DNA from: an uncultured Phycisphaerales bacterium
GTDB lineage: Bacteria; Planctomycetota; Phycisphaerae; Tepidisphaerales; Tepidisphaeraceae
Direction of reading: 5' to 3'
DNA length: 64,000 nt
Assembly (NCBI GenBank): GCA_963758525.1
Contig: CAVWVQ010000003.1
Coordinates: 704,001-768,000, forward strand
The notes under the pieces were generated by a model, which saw only the letters and a list, made by a program, of their open reading frames with translations, was not told the origin of the DNA and ran no database searches. Shown one piece after another: positions 1-9,710 of this stretch (its first letter is position 1; every line of letters starts with the position of its first letter). The position numbers and the translations under genes were made by a program.

Positions 1-1
1 T

Positions 2-2026
2 TTGGCCAAGGCCGTCGTCACGTCCATGAAGATCGATCAGGCGAAGCGCGCAGCCGATCCGAAAGTGAAGCGCGCAGGCGAACCTCCCGATCAACCCGTC
101 GGTGCATTCCAGCTCGCATACGTCTACGACCTGATCAACCAATGGCTCACGCCCGAGCAGCATAAAGCCATTCACGATGAGCTGGCGCTGGGTTCCTGGC
201 ATCACGACAACTACGGCACATTCAACGAGGCCACCGCGTCACGCAGCAACTGGGCGACGTTCTCCTACTGGCTGATCGAAGTGCTCAGCATCGAAGATGA
301 ACCTGGTTTCAACGACCTCAAAGTCCGCGGCATGTACCGCGGCTGGCGCGACCTGCTCACCTATGGATGGTTTCAATCAGGAGCCACCTACGAGGGCGAA
401 GCCAAAAACCAGCTTGGCATGGACGGCATCATCCCGTTCGCGATGCGCACCAAACGATATGGCTTTGAGAATTTATGCGGGCATCCATATTTGCGTGCAT
501 ATGCCGACAAGTTTTTGCCGCAGAGCATCATTCCAACGCTCGATGGATTCGTGAAGTATGACCTGCTCGGCGGTTCGCGCACCAAGGCGGGAGGATTCAC
601 CCCCTGCGATCTGGTCGGGCTCAAGTACATGTTCCCCCAGGACAAGACCATCGACTGGGTCTATCGCTGCACCGTCGGAGAGGACTACCACAATGTGCCT
701 GACCGCTGCGATGGGTATTACAACGGGCTGCTGTTTTTCGCGATCTTCGCCAGCGACTATGACGCGTCCAACAACAACCCCGCCAAACTCGATCTGGGCA
801 ACACGTTCTTCTGCGGCGAACGTTCACTGATGATGACCCGCAGCGGATGGGACAGCAAAGACGCGCTGATGCTCAACTTGCACGTCCGCCAGGCCAACGG
901 CGGTCATCCCTACGCCGATCGCAATTCCATCATGCTGACCGGCGCCGGTCGGGTGTGGTCGCCAATTGAAGGCTCGCGGGCTTTCGAGAATTTCAAGAAC
1001 AGCGTCATCGTCATTGACGGCAAGCCGCAGGAAGTTTCGGTTCCCGGGAGGATGGTCGATTTTCAGGATTCTCCGATGGCGACCTTCGCGGTGGGCGACG
1101 CCAAGTATTGCTGGGACTGGAATTGGAGAGTGCTGAACAAGCGGCATGGTTACTACACCGTTGCCGATGTGACCGCCAACCGCGTCGAGATTCCGCCCGG
1201 ATGGCAACCTGAAACGCACACCACCAACGATTTCGCCTATCTCAAGCTTCCGTACGCGTATCTGAATGTGCCGTTTTTCCAGCGCCCGGACTGGATTCTC
1301 CCGGCCGGCGCCATCTCGCCAGTGGTGCGGCAGCCTAATTATCCGGTGCGACGCGCATTTCGCACCGCCGGCATCATCCGCGGGCCGCACCCCTACGCGC
1401 TGGTGGTGGACGATTACCAGCGCGACGACAGCCCGGCCCATTATGACTGGAATCTGACGCTGGAGCCGGACATCCAGATCATAAGCATGAAGAAAACCGG
1501 CGAGCGCGAGATGGACATTCTCTTGAGCGGATCCAATCCCGATCAAAATCAGCCGCCGGCGAAAGAGCCGCTTCCCGCGAAGGCAGCCTCCGATGCAATC
1601 CCTGCCGGGCAGCCGGTGCTTCTGGTGCGTGTCCTGAACCGCAACGACCAGAAAGATGCCGATCCGACCATCGCCGACGTTTCGACGGATCCCAAGACAA
1701 AAGACGGCGCGGTGCGACGGCTGGTCATTCCCGCCGATGCGGTTTCGCCGGATTTCAAGATATTGCTCTGCCCATATCGGCAGGGCGAGGCGGTTCCGCG
1801 AACCGCATGGGCGGACAGCCAGCATACGATGCTCAACGTGGCGCTTGGAGATGCGAAAGACACCATCACGTTCGCACCCGGCCGCTCTGGCAAGACCGAT
1901 CTCTCCATTGCGCGCGAAGAGGGCGGAAGGCAGACAGTCCTGCTCAACGTCAATCAGCCAATCGAGCCACTGAAGGACGATGCGCCAGGGCCAGCGCCGG
2001 CCGCACGCCAACCGAGGCAAAACTGA
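2..2026 (+). CDS. Heparinase II/III-like (putative polysaccharide lyase) protein, 5'-truncated by the window edge
   Basis: Open frame from the window start. Motifs MTRSGWD, GGHPYADRNS and SVIVIDG resemble the heparinase II/III beta-sandwich. Clear paralog of 19542..22091. Confidence 0.6.
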   Translation: MAKAVVTSMKIDQAKRAADPKVKRAGEPPDQPVGAFQLAYVYDLINQWLTPEQHKAIHDELALGSWHHDNYGTFNEATASRSNWATFSYWLIEVLSIEDEPGFNDLKVRGMYRGWRDLLTYGWFQSGATYEGEAKNQLGMDGIIPFAMRTKRYGFENLCGHPYLRAYADKFLPQSIIPTLDGFVKYDLLGGSRTKAGGFTPCDLVGLKYMFPQDKTIDWVYRCTVGEDYHNVPDRCDGYYNGLLFFAIFASDYDASNNNPAKLDLGNTFFCGERSLMMTRSGWDSKDALMLNLHVRQANGGHPYADRNSIMLTGAGRVWSPIEGSRAFENFKNSVIVIDGKPQEVSVPGRMVDFQDSPMATFAVGDAKYCWDWNWRVLNKRHGYYTVADVTANRVEIPPGWQPETHTTNDFAYLKLPYAYLNVPFFQRPDWILPAGAISPVVRQPNYPVRRAFRTAGIIRGPHPYALVVDDYQRDDSPAHYDWNLTLEPDIQIISMKKTGEREMDILLSGSNPDQNQPPAKEPLPAKAASDAIPAGQPVLLVRVLNRNDQKDADPTIADVSTDPKTKDGAVRRLVIPADAVSPDFKILLCPYRQGEAVPRTAWADSQHTMLNVALGDAKDTITFAPGRSGKTDLSIAREEGGRQTVLLNVNQPIEPLKDDAPGPAPAARQPRQN

Positions 2027-2121
2027 CGGCGGCGAACTCCTGCCCCGTTCCCGGTGCTCCGGATTGAGGCAGGTCTTTGCGGTCTCGGCGTGCTCCGGCT
2101 TCCGATGGTTTGCTTGGTAGA

Positions 2122-2595
2122 ATGGCAGGGATGGACGGCATCATCCATCGGCGGGCCACAGCAGCGGATATCTCAGCGATGATCGAGTTGCGCGCTGCTT
2201 TTCTGGCTGAGATCACGGGATCCGATCCCAACGAACCAGCGTTGCTTGACGCTCTCGAGCGGTATTTCACATCGACGATTCCCTCCGGCAAATTCATCGC
2301 GATGTTGAGCGTCGCCGAGGACCGAGTGATTGCCACCAGCGGGCTGGTGATCCATCGGCATCCTCCATCTGCGAGGAATCTGGAAGGGATCAGCGCGCAC
2401 GTGATGAATATGTACACTTTGCCCGGTTGGCGCGGCCGGGGGATTGCCTCAACATTGCTGCTAGAATTGCTCAAGGCGGCTCGCGAATACGGATGCGCTC
2501 GCGTGAGCCTCCATACGCTTCCAGCGTCGGCCCCGATCTATCTCCGGGCAGGATTTGTTTCGGCTGACGACGAAATGACGCTCGAGTTGTTGTGA
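2122..2595 (+). CDS. GNAT family N-acetyltransferase
   Basis: NMYTLPGWRGRGIASTLL acetyl-CoA motif A and IYLRAGF. Start at 2122 or 2131. Confidence 0.85.
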   Translation: MAGMDGIIHRRATAADISAMIELRAAFLAEITGSDPNEPALLDALERYFTSTIPSGKFIAMLSVAEDRVIATSGLVIHRHPPSARNLEGISAHVMNMYTLPGWRGRGIASTLLLELLKAAREYGCARVSLHTLPASAPIYLRAGFVSADDEMTLELL

Positions 2596-2605
2596 AGGAG
2601 GTTTT

Positions 2606-3148
2606 GTGCTGAGAATCTGTGGCTTGTTCCTCGTCTGCATGTCCGCCGTCGGCTGTTCAGTTCTTAACGTGCAGAAGCCGACCGCGGCGGTCACGGGAAT
2701 GGCCGTTCGGGATGTCAACGCCGACGGCTTCACCCTGAATTTCGGCGTGGACGTGAAGAATCCAAATGCGATCGAACTTCCGCTGGGGGACGCCGACTAC
2801 AAGGTCGGGCTCGGGGGGACCAATGTCGTCAGCGGAAATCCGAAGTTCGAGGGCTCACTCCCGGCGAACGGCTCAAGAGGCGTGACGCTGCCGGTATCGA
2901 TGACGTACGAAAATCTGCTCGCCGCCGAACAGAGCATCGTGAAAAGCGGCGGGAATGTTCCCTACTCGCTCGATGGCGGCCTTTCGTTCAACACGGGAAG
3001 TCCGCTGCTGGGGACTGTGCGCGTCCCGCTTCAGTACAGCGGGACATTGCCTCTGAAAGAAATTTTGAGCAACCCCCAGGCAATCATGCACAACCCCGCT
3101 GCACAAAAGCTGGCGCGACAACTGATTGGCGGCTTTTTCACCCACTGA
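2606..3148 (+). CDS. LEA type 2 / WHy-domain lipoprotein
   Basis: AGGAGG RBS before GTG, lipobox AVGC, VKNPN motif. Confidence 0.8.
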   Translation: MLRICGLFLVCMSAVGCSVLNVQKPTAAVTGMAVRDVNADGFTLNFGVDVKNPNAIELPLGDADYKVGLGGTNVVSGNPKFEGSLPANGSRGVTLPVSMTYENLLAAEQSIVKSGGNVPYSLDGGLSFNTGSPLLGTVRVPLQYSGTLPLKEILSNPQAIMHNPAAQKLARQLIGGFFTH

Positions 3149-3152
3149 TCGA

Positions 3153-5285
3153 CTATGGCTTCTGCACGAGCAACTCAATCTTCACCGCGCCGCTCGCGGG
3201 GTCGTCAGGTTGTCCGCCGCCGATGGAGAGGATGAACTTTCCCGGCTCGACGAACGGCTTCCCATTGTCGTCGTAAGCCGCCAGTTGATCCGGCTGAAGG
3301 GTAAAGGTCACTCGCCGCGTTTCGCCCGCAGCCAGATGAACGCGGGCGAATCCTTGCAGCTGCAGCCGCGGGGTTGGCACGGACGATTCCTCATCGCTCA
3401 CATACAGTTGGACCACTTCGTCGCCGCCCAATCGGCCGATGTTGGTGACATCGACGCCCACCTCAACCGACTGATCCGGCAAAATCCGCGCGGCGGTCAA
3501 GCGCGGATTTGAATACCTGAAGTTTGTAAAGCTCAGCCCATATCCGAAGCGATAGAGCGGCGTCTCCTTCATGAATCGATAGGTTCGGCCGGTCACGTTG
3601 TAATCGTCGAATGCGGGGACCTGATCGAGCGAGCGAACGAATGTGACGGGCAGCCGCCCGGCGGGGTTGTAATCTCCAAACAGCACGTCGGCGACGGCGC
3701 GGCCGCCAAGCTCTCCGGGATACCAGCACATGAGAACCGACGGGATATTGGCCGCGGCCCAATTCAGCTCGATTGGGCTGCCGCCGGTGAGAACGAGGAC
3801 GACGGGTTTGCCGGTGGCGTGGAGTTTCTGCAGCAGCTCGAGCTGCCGGCCGGGAAGCCCGATGTGCATGCGGTCGCCGCCACCCGCCGCCTGGGCCTCT
3901 CCCATGGCTTCGGCTTCCTCCCCTTCCAGCGCGGGCGTGTAGCCGAGGCAGGCGATGATGACATCGGAGTCTGCGACGGTCCAATCGATCTCCATCTTGT
4001 TCACCGGCGCGTTGCCGGACACATCGCAGCCGCGGGCAACGCTCACCTGCGTGCCGATCGGCACGGCGTCGAGAATTCCCTGGAGGATTGTCGTCATCTG
4101 CGGCGCAAAGCCGGTGTAATTGCCATGTAATACATCCAGCGAATACGCCGTCGGGCCGACGACGGCGATTGACTTGAGATTCTTGGGCAGCGGCAGCAAC
4201 TGCTTGTCATTTTTCAACAGCACGATTGATTCCCGCGCCACTTTCAGCGCCAGCTCGCGGTGGGCCGTGCAGTTCACCACCTCGGGCGGAATTGATGCGT
4301 ACGGCACCTGCCCGGGCGGGTCGAACATGCCAAGACGCATGCGCGCGGTCATCAGTCTCTCGGCCGCGAGGTCGATCACTTCCTCGCTGATCAACCCCGC
4401 CCGCACCGCGGCGCGCAGATGCGGGTAGGTAACGCCGCAGTTCAGCTCGCAGCCGTTCTTCACGGCCATCGCCGCAGATTCGGCGGCGGTGCTGGTCACC
4501 TTGTGAGCGAGATGAAAATCGCAGATCCCGCCGCAATCGGAGACCACAAATCCATCGAATCCCCATTCATCGCGGAGAATGTTCTGCAAAAGCGTCGGAC
4601 TCCCGCAACAGGGCTCGCCGTTGACGCGGTTATAAGCGCCCATGATGGAGGCGGCCTTTCCCTCGATCACGCAAGCCTTGAACGCAGGGAGATAGGTTTC
4701 GCGCAGATCGCGCTGACTGACAATCGCGTTGAACGAATGCCGTTCCGGCTCGGGGCCGCTGTGTACCGCGTAATGTTTTGGCGTGGCAACCAGCTTCAGA
4801 TATTTCGGATGATCTCCCTGCAGACCCTGCACAAACGCGACTCCGATACGGCTGGTGAGATAGGGATCTTCCCCGTACGTTTCCTGCCCGCGTCCCCAGC
4901 GGGGATCGCGAAAGATATTGATGTTGGGCGTCCAGTACGTGAGCCCGAAATATTGGCCGTGATAGTCCTGCGCGAGTGCCGCATGGTGCTTGGCCCGGGC
5001 CTCATCGGAAATTGCCTCGGCAGTGCGATGAATCAGCGGCGCGTCAAACGTCGCGGCCATGCCGATGGCTTGCGGAAAGACCGTCGCCTTGCCGGCGCGG
5101 GCCACGCCGTGCAGGCATTCGTTCCACCAGTTGTATTCCGGCAGTCCAATGCGCGGAATTGCCGGCGCATTGTGAATGAGCTGCGCGATTTTTTCTTCCA
5201 GCGACATCTTCGCGACAAGCTCGCGGGCGCGGCGCCGGAAGTCGCCAGTGTCGCCCGATGTCGAGACGGTTGGTTGCGGGTTCAT
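3153..5285 (-). CDS. Glycoside hydrolase family 3 (beta-xylosidase/glucosidase) with C-terminal Fn3-like domain
   Basis: WWNECLHGVA, RDPRWGRGQETYGEDP, KHY, VVSDCG (nucleophile Asp), GDEVVQLY. Confidence 0.95.
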   Translation of the reverse strand: MNPQPTVSTSGDTGDFRRRARELVAKMSLEEKIAQLIHNAPAIPRIGLPEYNWWNECLHGVARAGKATVFPQAIGMAATFDAPLIHRTAEAISDEARAKHHAALAQDYHGQYFGLTYWTPNINIFRDPRWGRGQETYGEDPYLTSRIGVAFVQGLQGDHPKYLKLVATPKHYAVHSGPEPERHSFNAIVSQRDLRETYLPAFKACVIEGKAASIMGAYNRVNGEPCCGSPTLLQNILRDEWGFDGFVVSDCGGICDFHLAHKVTSTAAESAAMAVKNGCELNCGVTYPHLRAAVRAGLISEEVIDLAAERLMTARMRLGMFDPPGQVPYASIPPEVVNCTAHRELALKVARESIVLLKNDKQLLPLPKNLKSIAVVGPTAYSLDVLHGNYTGFAPQMTTILQGILDAVPIGTQVSVARGCDVSGNAPVNKMEIDWTVADSDVIIACLGYTPALEGEEAEAMGEAQAAGGGDRMHIGLPGRQLELLQKLHATGKPVVLVLTGGSPIELNWAAANIPSVLMCWYPGELGGRAVADVLFGDYNPAGRLPVTFVRSLDQVPAFDDYNVTGRTYRFMKETPLYRFGYGLSFTNFRYSNPRLTAARILPDQSVEVGVDVTNIGRLGGDEVVQLYVSDEESSVPTPRLQLQGFARVHLAAGETRRVTFTLQPDQLAAYDDNGKPFVEPGKFILSIGGGQPDDPASGAVKIELLVQKP

Positions 5286-5324
5286 GAGTGAATTATTCCT
5301 CAGTCAAATGTGTCGGCGCGATCT

Positions 5325-5821
5325 GCCCCCTCTCCCGGAGTACCTGGGAGAGCAGGAGAGGGTCAGGTTCGTTCGCGCGACAGGCCTGTGGGACGTCCCC
5401 ATCCTTCCGGCATTGGAAACCCGCAGCGATCAAGATTTTCCCCTCCCCTGGTATCCGGGGAGTTCGTGAAGGTCGTCGACTACCCGGGATCAAAACATCC
5501 CTCCATCCGCATAACTCTACTACACCAGTAGGGGGGCCCCCTCTCCCGGAGTACCTGGGAGAGGGGGTCAGGTTCGTTGTCGCGCGACAGGCCTGTGGGA
5601 CGTCCCCATCCTTCCGGCATTGGAAACCCGCAGCGATCGGCATTTTCCCCCTCCCCTGGTACTCCGGGGGAGGGTTGCGGTGGGGGCTCGTCGACTGCCG
5701 CGGGATCTGCAAAACATCGCATTCTCCGTTCCGGCCCACCACCTCGTTCCTCCCCCCGAGTACGAGGGGAGGAGGCAGGACATCGCCTCCCAGATTTTCG
5801 GGCACGCCCGGCCTGTCGCGC
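5325..5821. repeat. Imperfectly duplicated mosaic of REP-like hairpins
   Basis: About 5325-5500 is repeated at about 5536-5720. Contains CCCTCTCCC-ggagtacct-GGGAGAG hairpins and a 12-bp inverted repeat at 5582-5593/5810-5821. Confidence 0.8.
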
Positions 5822-5869
5822 CGGTGTTTGCACTGCTTCACGTAATGAAAGTGATCGCACCCAACACAC

Positions 5870-8009
5870 CTACTTTCGATCCTCGACCTCATAACCCTGC
5901 GGCGATCGCGTCGTTCGCGTTCCAAATCGGTCGATCTCCTCATCCGTCGGCAGCTTCGTGCGATACTCGTCGAGGTAGAGACCAATCTTTTCCACCGGGA
6001 TGGGCACAAAGCCCGGAAGATCCTGCTGAATTTTGTTCTGCGGGTTCAGACGGAAATCAAGTTTGCCCATGTCCACAAAGCCTGGATCGCGGTCGTAAAC
6101 GATGTTCTTGCCCGCTCCGTAAGCCGGTGCCGCGACCTCTTTCCCATCCCGCACGGCTTTCCAGATCCAGGGAGTTTTGCACTCGACCGAAACGTTGTTT
6201 TCGATCTTTCCCCGGCCGGTCTGGGCGCTGACGAACTGAAAGCCAACGTTGCAATTGATTGCGATGTTGTTGTAGCACTCAATGCTCTGCGGGTTCTTCG
6301 CCTGCGATCCGATCTTGTAGAGAAAGCCGGTGCCGCGGCGGTTGGGGATGCTTTTGAGCGCGGCGATATTGCCATAGATGTGCATGTCGCGGTGATCGTG
6401 GTCGAAATAGATGCCGTCGCCGTCATCGGTGTCGTGCATCAGGTTGTAGCGGATGGTTTGATTCCCATCGAGTTGATACGTGTCGTAACAATAGAATGCC
6501 CCAAGATCATTGGAAACCGTGCAGTAGCGGAAGGTTTCGTTGTACTCGAAGATGCTGTCCCAACTGCCGAACAGAACCGCGCCGTGCGGCGTGTCGTGGA
6601 TCAGGTTGTGGGCGACGAGCATTCCGACGGCAGGATGATGCCCGCCTCCACCGCCGCCGGTGAATCCGCAATTGACGCCGGGGGTGTACACCCGCTCAAT
6701 TTCCGAGAAGCGATAAATGTGGTTGTTGATGACTTGGTGGCCGGCGGGGACGCGCGGCGTTCTGAGCTCATCGCCCCCGCCGAGCCAGACGCCGCCGGCG
6801 CCTAGGTCATACAGATCGCAACTCTGCACCAGGTGGCGCGTCCCGCCGTTCAGGACGATGCCGTACTTGTCCACATTATGAACGGTGCAACCAGCGATGA
6901 GATTGTCGTCGCCTCCCTTGACCGTGATTCCCTCGTTGAGAGACCCTTCGAGGGTGAGTCCGCGAAGAACCACGTGCGACGCGTTGGACAGTTGAATGAT
7001 CGGCCCGTCGGAATCGGCCAGAAGAATCTCGCCGCTGGTGAGCGGCGCCGGCGGATAGAAGTACAACTTCTGGTCCTGGAAATCGACGCACCATTCGCCT
7101 GGCTCATCGACTTCCTCGAGCAGGTTGAGCAGCCAGTATTCCTCCTGCCCGTTTCCCTCCGGGCGGTGATATTTATTTCCGATGCCGCCCGGAACAGGCG
7201 CTGATGAATGTCGCGGTGCGGCTTTGAGTATCGATTGCCTTGAGACGAAGCGCTTCATTCTGCCATACAACGCGCCAATACCCTTTCAGCCATACGCCGC
7301 GATCCAGGTCATTCTTCCAGTTTTGAAAATGGCTGGCGTCGCCCTCGCGGTATTGGAAGACTCCGCCGTCATGCTTTCCCGGCCCCCCGTTTTTCACCAC
7401 CCGCTGCATGGTCATGAAACCTTCGTTGGGATAGCGGGAAAGATTCATCCGCTGGCCGGCGAAGAACAGATCGACAATCCCGCCGGCGTCGGTGAAAAGG
7501 TCGGGGAATGCGTGGGAGTGCCGGACGCCCAGCTTTTTCAGGTCCAGCTCTACGATCCTCCCGCGAGCTGGAGGGGCGATGCGTCTCAACGTCTGCGCGT
7601 CCATCACCGGTAGAAAGTCCGCTGCTTTGAGGCGGCGGGCGCCAAGCAGTCGCGCGATCTGGCCAGGCATGGGACGGTACATGACGGGAGAGCCTGCCGC
7701 ACCGGAATCCTGGGCCGAGAGCTCGAATGGCGCGGTCAGCTCGTAAACGCCCGGCTCCAGCCAGACGGTAACGCCCCCGGCGACGCTTCCGACCGACTTC
7801 CATTTTCGAATCGTGTCCCGTGCCGCTTGAAGCGTAGCCAGAGGTTGCGCCTGAGTACCGTTATTGACGTCGCTGCCAGTTGGGGAAACGAACAGGTCGC
7901 GATCACTTGCGGCGTCAGCGATGCGCGGCAAAAAGAACAGCGTTGCCGCGGCGACCGTCAGCCAAATGCCAATCGCATACCTTCGGAATTCCCGCATCAA
8001 TCGTCTCAT
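5870..8009 (-). CDS. Secreted right-handed parallel beta-helix protein (GH141-like), frameshifted near 7205
   Basis: Signal peptide and FVSPTGSDxNxGTxxxPLATL in one frame; LLEEVDEPGEW and PbH1 repeats in the next frame. Confidence 0.75.
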
Positions 8010-8055
8010 CGGCGCGGCCCAGGATACGGTTTTGCATCGGCTGCGAGTCGGCGCT

Positions 8056-9453
8056 CTACCACTGCTCCCATCGATCGCTTTGCGTATCGGTCGGCCGCGC
8101 TTCGTTGTGCCACGGGAGAGCAATCGCGCGCACGTTTCGCAGTCGGGCACGGACTCCGTCCGGCGGAACATAGGCTTCCCAATCGGATACCGTGACATTC
8201 GAAACGTCGTCCATTGCCAGAGAAGGCCGGGCCTCGTTACCGACGGCCTCCAGCCGAATGTGCCGAAAATTGAGGTTCCGCGTATGGCGAACATAGAAGC
8301 CGTACGCCGGCAAAGGCGTAAAGATGGTGAACTCCGGGTAATGGTCTCCCAATTCCGGCACCTCCAACCCGTTCGCTTCCTCAGGCGTGCCGCCGCCGGG
8401 ATAGGTCAGATGCACGTCCTCTATGCTAAGTCCATCGATCGGTTGTTCCGGCACGCCGGTGATGCAGATGCCCGCCCGCCGGGTCTTGCCCCAGAGCGGA
8501 AATCCTTCTTCCCACACCTGGGCGCGGATGCCGCGGAGCGTCATGTTCCGAATACTCCCCACGCTTTTGGGCGGCGCGCCACGATACGAGCGCAGTCGAT
8601 TTCCGAGCCGGATGAAGATCGGACCGGAGACACGGTGCATGATCAAATTGGAGACCGACACATCTTCCATGCGCCCGCCATCGGTGGTGATGAGTTTAAG
8701 CCCCCCGCCGTGGGTGTCGTAGATGATGCAGTCCGTCAGAATGATGTTTTGAAAATCGCCAACGGATTCTGTTCCCAATTTCAATGCGGCCCAATCGCTT
8801 TTCAACAGGCAGTGGCTCACGATCACATTGCGGCAGGCTCCGCCGGTTGTGCTTTTGAGACAGATTGCGTCGTCGCCAGTGTCGATGTCGCAATCGCTGA
8901 TCCGCACATTCCGGCAGGCGTCGATGTCGATCCCGTCATTGTTCCCATTGACCCGGCTGCGGATGGTGACGCCGCGCACATGCACTCCATCGCATTCCAT
9001 GTAGTGGCTGACCCACGCGGCCGAATCGCGCAATGTCACATCCGTCACCGAAACATCGCGGCAGCCGATGAACCTCAGGAGAAAGGGCCGATCATCCTGA
9101 TCGCGCGGAAATGTTCCGCCCCGCCCATCGATCGTGCCGCGCCCGCTGATACTGACGCGCTCGGCATTGACCGCCGCGATGAGACACCTGCTGCGCCGCT
9201 GGCCGACGGCATCTGTAAAGCCGTCAATGGCTGCGGGATAGTCTTCCAGATGCGAACTCCCTTCCAGCACCGCGCCGCTCTCCAGGTGCAAATTGACGTT
9301 GCTGCGCAGATAGATTGTCCCGATCCGATACCGACCCGCGGGGATGGAAACAGTCCCGCCGCCCGACTCAGAACACGCATCAATGGCGGACTGCACGGCG
9401 TGGGTGCGCCGCTCACTCGACATAGCTGACGTTTGAATATCACTGATTGTCAT
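8056..9453 (-). CDS. Glycoside hydrolase family 28 (polygalacturonase-like)
   Basis: NNDGIDID, TGDDAICLKS, LKLGTES; N-terminal QSAIDAC..GGGTVSIPAGRY. Confidence 0.9.
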   Translation of the reverse strand: MTISDIQTSAMSSERRTHAVQSAIDACSESGGGTVSIPAGRYRIGTIYLRSNVNLHLESGAVLEGSSHLEDYPAAIDGFTDAVGQRRSRCLIAAVNAERVSISGRGTIDGRGGTFPRDQDDRPFLLRFIGCRDVSVTDVTLRDSAAWVSHYMECDGVHVRGVTIRSRVNGNNDGIDIDACRNVRISDCDIDTGDDAICLKSTTGGACRNVIVSHCLLKSDWAALKLGTESVGDFQNIILTDCIIYDTHGGGLKLITTDGGRMEDVSVSNLIMHRVSGPIFIRLGNRLRSYRGAPPKSVGSIRNMTLRGIRAQVWEEGFPLWGKTRRAGICITGVPEQPIDGLSIEDVHLTYPGGGTPEEANGLEVPELGDHYPEFTIFTPLPAYGFYVRHTRNLNFRHIRLEAVGNEARPSLAMDDVSNVTVSDWEAYVPPDGVRARLRNVRAIALPWHNEARPTDTQSDRWEQW

Positions 9454-9592
9454 GAACTGAATGATCCCGAGAGTTTTCTGCACAGATTTATTGACTTAAC
9501 AGCTTGCAATTAAATCACTTACGTCATGCGACCCCGCAGTCGGCACGCATTGAGGCTCTTCGCGATTTTCGTTGCGTTTGGGCGACATTGTA

Positions 9593-9616
9593 TGTAAATT
9601 ACGCTCAGAATTTACA
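9593..9616. promoter_or_regulatory. Candidate operator palindrome in an AT-rich divergent promoter region
   Basis: TGTAAATT-N8-AATTTACA perfect inverted repeat between the divergent GH28 and SSS genes. Confidence 0.45.
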
Positions 9617-9710
9617 CCCAGTCAAGAGTCTGGTCAAAACTACGAGTTTCGAGTTTTTTAGACGCTTTATTCAACTGATATAACTCTTGCAGTAAAAAGC
9701 ACATAAGAAG

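Noticed and set aside
5288..6231. ORFs spanning the 5.3-5.8 kb repeat
   Set aside because: They are translations of repeat hairpins and are not protein-like.
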